Of a DNA stretch of 64,000 bases, positions 40,009 through 50,327 are shown in pieces. How positions within the stretch are numbered: the stretch's first letter is position 1; every line of letters starts with the position of its first letter. Under the pieces are notes generated by a model, which saw only the letters and a program-made list of their open reading frames with translations, had not been told where the DNA came from and did no database searches. The DNA comes from Promethearchaeota archaeon (GTDB lineage: Archaea > Asgardarchaeota > Lokiarchaeia > Sigyniarchaeales > SOKP01), in the NCBI GenBank assembly GCA_019058365.1, contig JAHPZE010000003.1:128001-192000 (forward strand). Reading direction: 5' to 3'. The translations under genes and the position numbers were made by a program.

Positions 40009-40272
40009 ATGGAAGAATTCTATAAAATTATTAAAAGACCGTTAATTACTGAAAAAACTTTTGATTTAATCGAAAAGGAGAATAAACTGGTCTTTATAGT
40101 AAATAGACAAGCAAATAAAAATCAAATTAAAAGAGCTATTGAAAAATTACACAATGTAAAAGTAAAAAAAGTTAATACTATGATTACTCCAAAAGGAGAG
40201 AAAAAAGCTTTTATAAAGCTACACCCCGAATATTCCGCCCAAGACATTGCAATTGATTTAGGTATTTTTTAG
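40009..40272 (+). CDS. rpl23: 50S ribosomal protein L23
   Basis: [27 protein letters not shown]. Confidence 0.97.
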   Translation: MEEFYKIIKRPLITEKTFDLIEKENKLVFIVNRQANKNQIKRAIEKLHNVKVKKVNTMITPKGEKKAFIKLHPEYSAQDIAIDLGIF

Positions 40273-41391
40273 ATAATAATTACTTTTAAATTCTTGGCAA
40301 TTAAATTTTTGTATGTCTTTTGGATTGATTATTTTAATATTTTCCACTAATTTTATTGATTTAGCTTTTATTAGTTTCTTATATCCCAATTCATTTAATA
40401 TTAGAATATAAATAATATATTTTGGATAATATTTTTTAAGGATTCTTAGAATATATTTAGAATCTATATTTTCTAATATAATAAACAAATAACTGTGTTC
40501 AATAAACATTAGGTTATCACCCAGTCTTACATATTCAATTTGATTATTTAATAGATTTTGTTCAAATTTCTTATTGATTTCTGGTAAAGACAGTGGTATA
40601 GAATTAATTTTAGGAAAAAATAGATCTAAAAAATCATTTAAAAAATAAAAGGTGTCTTTTATTTCTAATCTCCAAAGATAATTAAAAATTGTCCTAATTT
40701 TAATATCTTGTTTCTTAATTAAGTTACTTTGAAAAAAGTCATTAATGCTATTCTCAAGATTAATTGTATTTTCAACATTTTCACATTCTTCGACAAAGTA
40801 AAAGGATATTTTAATATCATCATTATTATCTGTTTTAAAATTAATAATTAAAACTCCTTTACTCCCTAAATTCTTTATTAGATTTAAGAAGTCTAATATG
40901 AATGATTTTTTTTTTTTAATAAAATCTAAATTAATAAGAAAAAAACTAAAAACCTTTGAATTATTGTCATTTGAAATTTTTATTGATTCAGATAATTTGG
41001 TGACAAAAGAATTAGAATTTATTTCTTGAGAGATATTAGATAAAAATTTGGTTTCTAAATCTTTCTCTTTTAAAAATTTAGCAGAATTATGAGTTTCAAA
41101 TATGTTTTGTTGGATAAAATTAAAGGATTTGATTATTCTTTCTCTTTTAGAATCTTCAAAGTTTAAAAATAATAATTTTTCACAATTTTTACGAGTATCT
41201 ATTTGGATAGTGTAATATTGAATTAGTCTTTTTCTTAGAAATTCATTTAAAACGGATAAAATTGATTTAGAATTTTTATAAACAAGTATAGCGAATGCAA
41301 TGATTTTATCATTTTTTCTTATACTCTTATAGTAAATAAGGTGATTTTCAATCAAATAGTTGAATAGTTTATACTTTCCCTTTTTAACCAT
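40258..41391 (-). CDS. Hypothetical protein
   Basis: 377-aa ORF with no recognisable motif. Confidence 0.65.
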   Translation of the reverse strand: MVKKGKYKLFNYLIENHLIYYKSIRKNDKIIAFAILVYKNSKSILSVLNEFLRKRLIQYYTIQIDTRKNCEKLLFLNFEDSKRERIIKSFNFIQQNIFETHNSAKFLKEKDLETKFLSNISQEINSNSFVTKLSESIKISNDNNSKVFSFFLINLDFIKKKKSFILDFLNLIKNLGSKGVLIINFKTDNNDDIKISFYFVEECENVENTINLENSINDFFQSNLIKKQDIKIRTIFNYLWRLEIKDTFYFLNDFLDLFFPKINSIPLSLPEINKKFEQNLLNNQIEYVRLGDNLMFIEHSYLFIILENIDSKYILRILKKYYPKYIIYILILNELGYKKLIKAKSIKLVENIKIINPKDIQKFNCQEFKSNYYLKNT

Positions 41392-41644
41392 ATCATTAAT
41401 AATTTTGACAAGAATTATAAAAACTGATACTTTTTATTAATCATTTTAAGTATCAGAAATTCATAATTTCAACCTATTGTAATAGTTTTTTGAAATAATA
41501 ATATTTTTGAGAAATTTAATATTTGTACATTAAAATAGCTGAATAGATATTCTTAACTTTAATCTAATTACTATCAATTAAAACATTAATGTTAAAACAA
41601 AACTTAAAAATCATTTCCATGTTATATTAAATAAATTTCTAATT

Positions 41645-42919
41645 TTGGTGGTAGAATTGTTAAATTCTATTAAGGAGTTTTTGTTAAGTTTAAATCCAGA
41701 TATTATAATTCAAGCACCATCAAGAATAAATTTAATAAATCCCTTAGATGCTGTTGAAGGAGATTTTTGGATGCCGTCAGTAGCGATCAATGGGGAAAAG
41801 AACCCACTTTCAGTATTCTTTTATATTAAAAATATTGTCAATAAGAGTAAATTAAAAATATATAATTTAAAAATTGAACGTAAAAAATATTCTTTCGAAC
41901 TAATTAGAGATGAAAAATTGTTAAAGAGTGAAGATGAAATCAGGCGAAAAATTGAGGGGCAAGACAAGTTAATTTATGCTAGTATCGCTAGATTCTTTAG
42001 AATGAGTTCTTATTTTGAAGAAATGTTTAAAAAAACTAACTTCGAAATTGGGTTAATTTCAACAATTCCTTTACAAAGTGGTTTAGGTGGTAGCGCTGCT
42101 ATAATAATTGCCATTCTTTATGGATTTGCAAATTATTTCAATATTTTTAATAACTTAAAATATGTGAAGAAAAATGAATTTCCAATAAATAAATATATAA
42201 TAGCAGAAATGGCGACTAAAATTGAGGATGAAGATTTAAAAATTACATCGGGTTATGGAGACCGATATGTAATAAGCAGGGGGGGATTGAGTTTTTGTTC
42301 CTATTATGGTAAGCTTTCCCATAAAGAAATTTCAAAAGAACCTTTAGCAATCTATGATAGAATCGATAAAGTATACAATTTAAATGATATTCCTATAATT
42401 GTTTGTTATTCGGGAGTACTTCATGAAAGTGGGGAAATCCATAGGAAGTTAAGGAAACTCTATTTAGAAAGCAATCCTGAGATTATAAAAAGCTATAAAG
42501 AGTTAGGAAAAATAGCTTGGAAGTCTAGATTTGCTATAATGTGTCGTAACTGGAAGGAGCTAGGAAAATATTTTAAGCAAAACACTATAATTATGAACAG
42601 GATAATGAAAGACGCGGGTTTTGAATATGGGATTGGACTAGCAAATAATATTTTAATCGAAATAATAGAAGAACATCCCGAGGTATATGCTGCTAAATTA
42701 ACTGGTGCTGGGGGTGGAGGCTCTGTTTTTGCATTGGTTAACGCAAATAAATTAGAAACCATCTTAAATTATTGGAAAGACAGACTAAATGAGATAATTA
42801 TAAATAAAGAAAAATTTTCTTCAAAATTTCCTTCATATCCATTAGAAATAACCAATAATTTGAAAAAGGCTCAATTTTTCCGAATTAAAATTGATAAAGA
42901 TGGAGTGAAAAAGTTATAA
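41645..42919 (+). CDS. GHMP-family sugar kinase
   Basis: APSRINL, IPLQSGLGGSAA, AKLTGAGGGG. Confidence 0.88.
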   Translation: MVVELLNSIKEFLLSLNPDIIIQAPSRINLINPLDAVEGDFWMPSVAINGEKNPLSVFFYIKNIVNKSKLKIYNLKIERKKYSFELIRDEKLLKSEDEIRRKIEGQDKLIYASIARFFRMSSYFEEMFKKTNFEIGLISTIPLQSGLGGSAAIIIAILYGFANYFNIFNNLKYVKKNEFPINKYIIAEMATKIEDEDLKITSGYGDRYVISRGGLSFCSYYGKLSHKEISKEPLAIYDRIDKVYNLNDIPIIVCYSGVLHESGEIHRKLRKLYLESNPEIIKSYKELGKIAWKSRFAIMCRNWKELGKYFKQNTIIMNRIMKDAGFEYGIGLANNILIEIIEEHPEVYAAKLTGAGGGGSVFALVNANKLETILNYWKDRLNEIIINKEKFSSKFPSYPLEITNNLKKAQFFRIKIDKDGVKKL

Positions 42920-42961
42920 TCCATAAGTAATTATATTATTAAAAGAGATTGAGGATTTAAA

Positions 42962-43138
42962 TTGAGCAAATTCGAGAGATATAAAAAAAAAACTGAAACT
43001 TATATAGACCCCCATAAACATTGTAAAAAGTGCGGAGAAATGATAGATGAAGCGTTTTCTTATTGCCAAGATTGCTATGAAACCTTAAAAGAAAAGAAAA
43101 AAAGAAAATTCTTCAGGAGGAAAAATAAAGATTCATAA
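42962..43138 (+). CDS. 58-aa DUF2116-like Zn-ribbon protein (not in ORF track)
   Basis: MSKFERYKKKTETYIDPHKHCKKCGEMIDEAFSYCQDCYETLKEKKKRKFFRRKNKDS*; GAGG SD upstream. Confidence 0.75.
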   Translation: MSKFERYKKKTETYIDPHKHCKKCGEMIDEAFSYCQDCYETLKEKKKRKFFRRKNKDS

Positions 43139-43177
43139 TTAATAATCCACTATTTCTAAACTACAGAATTTCTAAAA

Positions 43178-44884
43178 TTAGATATTTAATCTCTCTATCA
43201 GCCAATTTTTATCTAATAAGGATAAAAAAGGTCCCAATCGTGGACCGCTTTTTTTACCTAAGATAATTTGATAGAGTGCTTCAAATAATTTTCTCGGGGG
43301 GTAATTTAATTCATTTTTAGCTAAAGAAAAAATCCTATTTTGAATAGAATCAGCATCTAAAGCTTCAGTTTGATTTATATATTCTTTTAATAGTTGTATT
43401 CCTTTAATTTGGTTTTTTTCCATTTTTTTTATAATATTTTTATTAATTTCATTAGGTATTGTGAAAATCTCTATTTTTTTCTCAATTTCTTTCTTTGTTT
43501 TAGGATCTTTTTCTGTTTCTAGTATGTTTTTTACTTCTTCAATCCAATTTTTAGTACGGAAAAGAAGCGCCTCGAATTCCTGTTTTGTCATTATTTTTTC
43601 AAAATTTTGCATTTCCATATAGGATTTTGCTTTTTCATAGAGTTTATCCAAACTTAAAATATTCTGAATTTGAGTGAAAAATGACAAAATTTTCAAGGGT
43701 ATTCTTTTTGTTTTCGTGTATGGAACATCGGATACTTGAGTTAAGGGAAAAATGTAATTGAAAAACCTGCTATCTTCGGAATCTTCAGTTGTTTCTAAAC
43801 CATAATAAATATTTTCCATTCTTTCATAATAATCATAATATTGGGGTAGTTCTTCAATCCTAAATGTAATATGTTTTGTTGGAATAGTTTTTAAAATAAT
43901 TGTCCTATAAATCCTTGGATCTGCCATATCTAGGTATTTCGTTGGAGTAAAAACATGCCCTTTAGAAGTTCCCATATCTTGATCTCCTAATCTTAACCAT
44001 TCATAAGGAACTTTAACCGGTCCTTCATAAGCATATAATTCTTGACATAATTCAATTCCCGTATCATAAGCACCTCCTTTAACACTATGATCTTTACCCG
44101 CGGGTTCACAAGTAGTATTATATATAGCCCATTTTGCAGGCCAATCTACACGCCAATTTAATTTCAGTCTCCCACTCCAAATAGATAGAATTCCATCATA
44201 CCCACACGCCTCACATACGTATGAGACTGTTTCTTTCTCTTTAAAAAATTCTTTCACTCTATTTGGGTTAATAGATCCTTCACCATCTCGGTGTTGAATT
44301 CGATTACAATTTTCACATATCACCATTACGGGCATCCAATTTCTCTGCATTTCAATAAAATCTTCTTTATCTTCTTCTTTTAGGGTGGGAATTATGTATT
44401 TCTTTAATATTTCTTTAATTTTTTCTGTATTCTCTAAGGCAATTTTAATTTTTTCTTGCATTTTTTTTGTTTTGTATAACTCATGAGACCATACAATTTT
44501 TGTTTTAATTCCAAAACTAGGAAATACATTAATTAATTCATTACCAAAGTGATGAGCATAACTCTCACAACTACAATCACTATATGGACATGGAATCATA
44601 GAAAATGGTTTCCCAATGTGTTTATTTTGGAAATCTTTTGAGATATATAACGGAAATCGTTTAGCCGCGTCTAAACTGTCGAAGAATAATAAATTATTAA
44701 CCACTTTACCATCTTTTTCAAAGATTCTTCTTAAAGTATCACAAATTATTATTTCTCGTAATATTCCTAAATGAATATGACCTGATGGTGTTTTACCGGT
44801 AGAGAGTGTTATTTCTTCAGGTTTTCGTGAGTAGATTTTTTCAACAATTTCTTCTACCCAATGAACTGGAAAATCTTCATTCAA
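43178..44884 (-). CDS. lysS: Lysine--tRNA ligase, class I
   Basis: TPSGHIHLG, KLNWRVDWPAKW, EPAGKDH, MGTSKG, GPRLG. Confidence 0.97.
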   Translation of the reverse strand: MNEDFPVHWVEEIVEKIYSRKPEEITLSTGKTPSGHIHLGILREIIICDTLRRIFEKDGKVVNNLLFFDSLDAAKRFPLYISKDFQNKHIGKPFSMIPCPYSDCSCESYAHHFGNELINVFPSFGIKTKIVWSHELYKTKKMQEKIKIALENTEKIKEILKKYIIPTLKEEDKEDFIEMQRNWMPVMVICENCNRIQHRDGEGSINPNRVKEFFKEKETVSYVCEACGYDGILSIWSGRLKLNWRVDWPAKWAIYNTTCEPAGKDHSVKGGAYDTGIELCQELYAYEGPVKVPYEWLRLGDQDMGTSKGHVFTPTKYLDMADPRIYRTIILKTIPTKHITFRIEELPQYYDYYERMENIYYGLETTEDSEDSRFFNYIFPLTQVSDVPYTKTKRIPLKILSFFTQIQNILSLDKLYEKAKSYMEMQNFEKIMTKQEFEALLFRTKNWIEEVKNILETEKDPKTKKEIEKKIEIFTIPNEINKNIIKKMEKNQIKGIQLLKEYINQTEALDADSIQNRIFSLAKNELNYPPRKLFEALYQIILGKKSGPRLGPFLSLLDKNWLIERLNI

Positions 44885-45023
44885 TTTTTATTCACTTTAG
44901 AGCTTTTACTTTAATGAGGTAGTGTTTTGTATTACAAAAATTTTTCTATTATGAAAAATTGTATATTTAACGTAAGCAAATTATATTTATCATTTTTGCT
45001 TTTAAATGGTAGTGAGTTAATTA

Positions 45024-46856
45024 ATGAGGATTGCTGTTTTAAATAAGGATTTTTGTAAACCAGATAAATGCAGTCCCTTTGGGGAAAAACCTTGTATCAA
45101 ATATTGCCCCAGAGTAAGGACTGGAGATAAAACAATAGTTTTAAGCTCTGATGCAAAAAGCGTTATAATAACAGAAAGTTTATGTTCTGGAGAAGGTATT
45201 TGCATTAAAAAATGTCCTTTTAATGCAATACATATTGTAAATTTACCCGATCCTCTGGAAAATCAAATTTCATATCGATATGGACAAGATCAATTTTCCT
45301 TATTTCGAATGGCAATCCCTAAAAAAGGAAAAGTGCTTGGACTCATAGGACAAAATGGAATTGGTAAAAGTACATTATTGAAATTACTTTCGAATGAATT
45401 GATTATAAATTTTGGTCGGTTTGGAGAAGAAACTCCCGAATGGAAGGAAATAATTGAACATTTTAAAGGTTCTGAACTACATCAATATTTCATTGAATTA
45501 AAAGAAGACAAAGCTAAGATTGTCCACAAACCTCAAAATATTACAGTGATCCCTAAATTTGTATCGGGAAAAGTATTTGATCTTTTGAATAAAAATGATA
45601 TGGGAGAACAACTGGATCAAATTTCTAAGGAATTGAACCTTACAGAAATCTTAGACAGAGAAATTTCAGTACTTTCAGGAGGAGAATTACAAAGAGTGGC
45701 CATTGCAGCAGCTTATCTTAAAGACGGAGATATATATTTATTTGATGAACCGAGCTCATATTTAGATGTTAGTGAAAGAATCAATATGGCTAAATTAATC
45801 CGTACATTATCGGATAAAAATAAGACTATAATTGTTGTCGAACATGATTTAGCTATTTTAGATTACTTAAGTGATTACGTTTCAATTTTATACGGAATCC
45901 CTGGTGTTTATGGAATAGTATCATATCCTCAAGGTGTTCGAGTGGGTATAAATATCTATTTGAATGGATATATCAAGGATGAAAACATGAGGTTCAGAGA
46001 GGAGGCTATCTTATTTCATGAACGTCCACCTCAAGAATCTTTATTTGATTCTGGAGATGTCATTTTTTCTTATGATGATATTGAAACTTCATTAGGAAAC
46101 TTTCATCTAACCGCTTCTGGGAGTGAAATTCATGCTGGTGAGATTATTGGAATATTAGGACCAAATGGTATTGGTAAAACTACCTTCATAAACTCAATCG
46201 CAAAAACTATTACTACTGAAATTAAAGATTTGGATGAGAAAATAGAAGAAAACAATGAAGAAAATAATAAAAAATTGAAGGTAATAATAAAACCACAGTA
46301 TATTAAAATTGAAGAGGAAGGATCAGTATCAGATCTTATAGCACAAATTAGATTAGCTCCCCATTTGAGTCAATCCTATAAGAAGAGATTGATAAATAAT
46401 TTAAATTTGGAGAATATAAGAGAGAGAAGTTTTTCTGAATTAAGTGGAGGAGAATTACAGCGAGCAGCAATTGCTAAATGTCTTTCTACAGAAGCAGATA
46501 TTTATTTATTAGATGAACCTTCAGCGTTTTTAGACGTTGAAATGAGATTACAGGTTGCTCAATTACTTCGTAAATCTATCGAAGAGTTAAAAAAATCTGG
46601 TTTTGTTGTAGAACATGATATAATAACACAAGATTTTATTGCTGATTCCATATTAGTATTTGAAGGGATTCCTGGTTTAGAAGGTAAGGCTTTACCTCCT
46701 CAAAATTTGAGGGATGGATTTAATACATTTTTAAAAATTATGGGAATAACATTTAGGAGAGATAGCATTACGAAAAGACCTCGTGTAAATAAATTAGGAA
46801 GTAATAAAGACTTATATCAAAAACGCATAAATGAGTTTTATTATATCCCTAAATAA
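45024..46856 (+). CDS. rli1: ABCE1/Rli1 ribosome recycling ATPase
   Basis: N-terminal Fe-S domain (CKPDKC...CIKYCP...GICIKKCPF); two ABC domains with LSGGELQR. Confidence 0.97.
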   Translation: MRIAVLNKDFCKPDKCSPFGEKPCIKYCPRVRTGDKTIVLSSDAKSVIITESLCSGEGICIKKCPFNAIHIVNLPDPLENQISYRYGQDQFSLFRMAIPKKGKVLGLIGQNGIGKSTLLKLLSNELIINFGRFGEETPEWKEIIEHFKGSELHQYFIELKEDKAKIVHKPQNITVIPKFVSGKVFDLLNKNDMGEQLDQISKELNLTEILDREISVLSGGELQRVAIAAAYLKDGDIYLFDEPSSYLDVSERINMAKLIRTLSDKNKTIIVVEHDLAILDYLSDYVSILYGIPGVYGIVSYPQGVRVGINIYLNGYIKDENMRFREEAILFHERPPQESLFDSGDVIFSYDDIETSLGNFHLTASGSEIHAGEIIGILGPNGIGKTTFINSIAKTITTEIKDLDEKIEENNEENNKKLKVIIKPQYIKIEEEGSVSDLIAQIRLAPHLSQSYKKRLINNLNLENIRERSFSELSGGELQRAAIAKCLSTEADIYLLDEPSAFLDVEMRLQVAQLLRKSIEELKKSGFVVEHDIITQDFIADSILVFEGIPGLEGKALPPQNLRDGFNTFLKIMGITFRRDSITKRPRVNKLGSNKDLYQKRINEFYYIPK

Positions 46857-47108
46857 AATACTCCTTAATTTCGATTGGAAAATAATCAAATTAAAACCAA
46901 TAATCTGGTTTATTTCTATTTTAATAATATTATTTAAATATTTTTTATGAATTATAAGCTGGGTTCTATACTAAAATTTAAAGATATTTTTAATTTCTCC
47001 TATATTAAAATAAGTTTGCAGTGGAAATCTTGGTCCCTATATTGAAATTAATACATTATTAATAAATAGGGTTGAATCAGATATAAAATATAAAGAAAAA
47101 TAAATTAG

Positions 47109-47363
47109 TTAATCTTTAAATTTCCAAAAAACACGTGGTCGTCCTCTATTTCCATCATTGCGAGAAAATCTTTCAATTAATTTCTTTTTCTGAAGCTTTA
47201 CAAGATTGTCATATATAGTAGTTCTTGGAGTTTCTAGTTGCTTTACTAAATCTCGCCTTGTTAATGGCCCCACGTCTTTTAAAGTTTTTATTAAATTAAA
47301 TTGAATGGGTGATAGATATGCTCTTGGTTCAGGATAATTTTCTAATGATGTTTTATTTGCCAT
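47109..47363 (-). CDS. TrmB-like HTH transcriptional regulator
   Basis: GPLTRRDLVKQLETPRTTIYDNLVKL...GRPRVFW. Confidence 0.85.
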   Translation of the reverse strand: MANKTSLENYPEPRAYLSPIQFNLIKTLKDVGPLTRRDLVKQLETPRTTIYDNLVKLQKKKLIERFSRNDGNRGRPRVFWKFKD

Positions 47364-47577
47364 GATTTATTCCTCCACATCTTTAAAATAGAAAGAAATA
47401 CGACAATTTAACGACTTTTTAAATTTTAAAGTGAAAAAATTTATTCTTATGATCTAAATAATTCCAAATGATATATAAATGATGCTTATTTATGTAGTAT
47501 TATCATCAATTAGCATAAGATTTAAAAATTAAAATTTTTACTTTCATATTGTAAAACTAATTGTTATTCATTAAAAG

Positions 47578-47949
47578 ATGACTGAAACTGCAAGAACAAC
47601 TGTTACAATTAATAAAAGTTATATGAAATTAATTGAAGAATTAGTAGATGTTTTTGGAGCAACAAAAGCACAAGTGATCAGTAATATAGTGGAATATTTT
47701 TTTAATGATAGTAAAAATGATCCTCTTTTAAAGAAGTTAAGAGCAAGAAAAAGAAAAGATAAACCCCCTGAGAAATCTGATCTTGATAAAAGAATACAGA
47801 ATTATTTAAGAAGGGCAGATAAAATACCTTTCGAAATATTTATTGAACACTTAAAATTAGATTCTGAGTTTGTAATAGAACATCTAGATGACTGGGCTGA
47901 AAAATATGATTTTATGGTGATTGAGAATAAGATAATTAAAACTAAGTAA
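47578..47949 (+). CDS. Ribbon-helix-helix domain protein
   Basis: RTTVTINKSYMKLIEELVDVFGATKAQVI. Confidence 0.7.
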   Translation: MTETARTTVTINKSYMKLIEELVDVFGATKAQVISNIVEYFFNDSKNDPLLKKLRARKRKDKPPEKSDLDKRIQNYLRRADKIPFEIFIEHLKLDSEFVIEHLDDWAEKYDFMVIENKIIKTK

Positions 47950-47984
47950 ATTTAATAACTTCTTTTAAACGATTATTTAAAATA

Positions 47985-48185
47985 TCACCGAAATAAATCA
48001 AAAAAATCATTTGACAACCCAACAGTCCAATCTAACATTGAAGTAACAACACCAATGATAATGAAAAAAATGAATAATGCAAACCCAACTAATAACGCAT
48101 ATTCAATAAGATTTCCTCCATATTCATCAGAAAAGAACTCTTTAGCTTTAGATCTAAATTTTTTGAAAAAATTTTTAAGCTTCAT
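47985..48185 (-). CDS. Flp/Fap-type (Tad) pilin
   Basis: Basic leader, cleavage site FFSDEYG|GNLIEYALL with E+5/Y+6, then a hydrophobic helix; 66 aa. Confidence 0.85.
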   Translation of the reverse strand: MKLKNFFKKFRSKAKEFFSDEYGGNLIEYALLVGFALFIFFIIIGVVTSMLDWTVGLSNDFFDLFR

Positions 48186-48257
48186 TATTACATCTATTTT
48201 TAATTACTCTTTTAAACTAAACTAATTCTAATTGGACTCTTATTTGAAAATATATTT

Positions 48258-48671
48258 TTAGAATTTTAAAATTTTATAGACTTCATTAAGCTCATCTTCG
48301 GGTGCTTGAGTTCTAGGTATTTTAATTCGAAATTTTTCATCATCATAATTTCGTGGGATTATGTGAATATGAAAATGTTTAATAACTTGCCCTGCAGCGG
48401 CAAAATTATTTTGAAGTATATTATACCCATCAATTTTTAAATTTTTATGAATCTTTGTTGCTAAATTCTTTACTTCCTTATAGACTTCAGTAAGCTCATA
48501 ATTCGGTATGTCTTCTAAATTTGAATAATGATTTTTGGGGATTACAATAGTATGTCCTTTAGAAATAGGAGAAATATCTAAAAAGGCTAAAACTAATTCA
48601 TTTTCAAATAATATTTTTGAAGGAATTTCTTTATTAGTTATTTTACAAAATAAACAATCTTTTCGTTTCAT
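48258..48671 (-). CDS. hit: HIT family nucleotide hydrolase
   Basis: CLFCKI, GHTIVIPK, AGQVIKHFHIHIIPR. Confidence 0.95.
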   Translation of the reverse strand: MKRKDCLFCKITNKEIPSKILFENELVLAFLDISPISKGHTIVIPKNHYSNLEDIPNYELTEVYKEVKNLATKIHKNLKIDGYNILQNNFAAAGQVIKHFHIHIIPRNYDDEKFRIKIPRTQAPEDELNEVYKILKF

Positions 48672-48802
48672 ATCTATTAGACTCTTTTTAGTTTTAAGAT
48701 ATTTTCGATTTAATATATATATTTTAATTTAAAATTAAAAAACCTTTACTCAGTTTTATCATATTAAAATATCCAAATTTTCCATATTAATGCTTTTAAA
48801 GA

Positions 48803-49627
48803 GTGATTGAAATGTCGCTTCAAGAAATAAAAGAGATTTTAACAAATAAATTTTCACCTAAAGCATTTAGATTCAATTCAGAGATATATGGCTTATATTA
48901 TGATAAGAGTTTAAATAATAAAATGATAAAGAAGGTAATGCTAACAATAGATCTAAGTTTACAAGCGATACATTGTGCATTAAAACAGAAAGTTAATTTA
49001 ATAATATCTAATCACAGTCTAATTAATAAACCAATATTAAAATTTAGACAAAATCTAATAAATAAATTAATATTACTATCAAAGTTCCCAATTTCAATAT
49101 TTGTATTAAATTCCTCATTTATTGCAGCAGAAGGAGGAGTTTCAGATACACTCGTAAATGCTCTTTATTTAAAATTAGAAAACATATTTGAAATTAAGAA
49201 TAAAGAAGGAATAAAAATCCCTATTGGAAGGATCTGTTCACCATTACATTATTTAAATAACAAAGACCCATTTACGTTAGAAAATTTAGTACAACGGATA
49301 AAAACAAATTTGAACTTAAAATATGTTTCATTCGTTGGAAATCTCAAAAAATCAATCAATAAGATATGTATTGTTGGTGGACAGGTTTCGGATGCAAACT
49401 GCATAAAGAAAGCTATGAATTTAGGATGTGATTGTTATATATCGGGAAAAATTGACTATTTTGACGCTGTTTTTGCTAGAGATATGGGACTCAATTTAAT
49501 AGAAACACCTCATTATAAGAATGAAATATTAGCAATGAAAAAATTGTGTAATATTTTGAGTCTAGAGTTTCCTGAAGTTGAATTTATATTATTTAAATCT
49601 AAAAACCCATTTAATACTTATATGTAA
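48803..49627 (+). CDS. NIF3-family protein with degenerate metal ligands
   Basis: KKVMLTIDL, LIISNHS, IGRI, ICIVGG, CYISG, HYKNE. Confidence 0.8.
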   Translation: MIEMSLQEIKEILTNKFSPKAFRFNSEIYGLYYDKSLNNKMIKKVMLTIDLSLQAIHCALKQKVNLIISNHSLINKPILKFRQNLINKLILLSKFPISIFVLNSSFIAAEGGVSDTLVNALYLKLENIFEIKNKEGIKIPIGRICSPLHYLNNKDPFTLENLVQRIKTNLNLKYVSFVGNLKKSINKICIVGGQVSDANCIKKAMNLGCDCYISGKIDYFDAVFARDMGLNLIETPHYKNEILAMKKLCNILSLEFPEVEFILFKSKNPFNTYM

Positions 49628-49723
49628 GATGGTTGATAAAAGTTTAAATTTTTTAAGAGATAAGTTGAATTTAAAAAGTAATAATTTTATTTACCTATCA
49701 TAAACATTGTAAGTGAGAATCTT

Positions 49724-50305
49724 ATGCCTATAATGGAATATAATGGTAAGAAACCCGATATAAGCCCAAATAGTTATGTTTCACCTATGGCGACTTTAAT
49801 TGGAGATGTTCGTGTCAACGATAATGTAATAATTTGGCCCGGATCAATTATTCGCGCTGAAAATTCACCAATCAATATAGGAGAGTACACAACTATATTT
49901 GATGGAGTTATCTTGTTTACACGCTCACAAAAGAGCTCAATAAATATTGGTAGATATTGTATTATAGAAACAGCAGTTACACTTTTAGGATGTTTTCTAG
50001 AAGATTACATTCAAATAAAAGAGGGCTCATTAATTTATGAAGAAGCATCAATTGGTGAAGGAGTAATAATTTTAAACCAAAGTCAGGTTCCACCTGGATT
50101 AACCATCCCTGCCCGAGCTGTCATGAGGGGAATTCCCGTTGAACCCATAAGAGAACAAACGCGTAATGATGTTCTTAAACAGAAAGAAAAAGCTGAAAAT
50201 TATTCTCAACTATTCATTAAAATCAAAAATCAACTACCAAATGCTCAAGGATATTTATTAACCCTGCCAGATTTTATCAAAATGATGTTAAGAAAAGAAG
50301 AATAA
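49724..50305 (+). CDS. Gamma-carbonic-anhydrase-fold left-handed beta-helix protein lacking all His ligands
   Basis: Hexapeptide repeats (ATLIGDVRV...IWPGSIIRAE...INIGE) and a C-terminal helix; no histidine in 193 aa. Confidence 0.85.
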   Translation: MPIMEYNGKKPDISPNSYVSPMATLIGDVRVNDNVIIWPGSIIRAENSPINIGEYTTIFDGVILFTRSQKSSINIGRYCIIETAVTLLGCFLEDYIQIKEGSLIYEEASIGEGVIILNQSQVPPGLTIPARAVMRGIPVEPIREQTRNDVLKQKEKAENYSQLFIKIKNQLPNAQGYLLTLPDFIKMMLRKEE

Positions 50306-50327
50306 AAAAAAATCTTTATATATTTAG

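Noticed and set aside
47015-47030. ORB-like TTGCAGTGGAAAT in the gap after ABCE1
   Set aside because: Single imperfect copy, no G-string, and far from cdc6.
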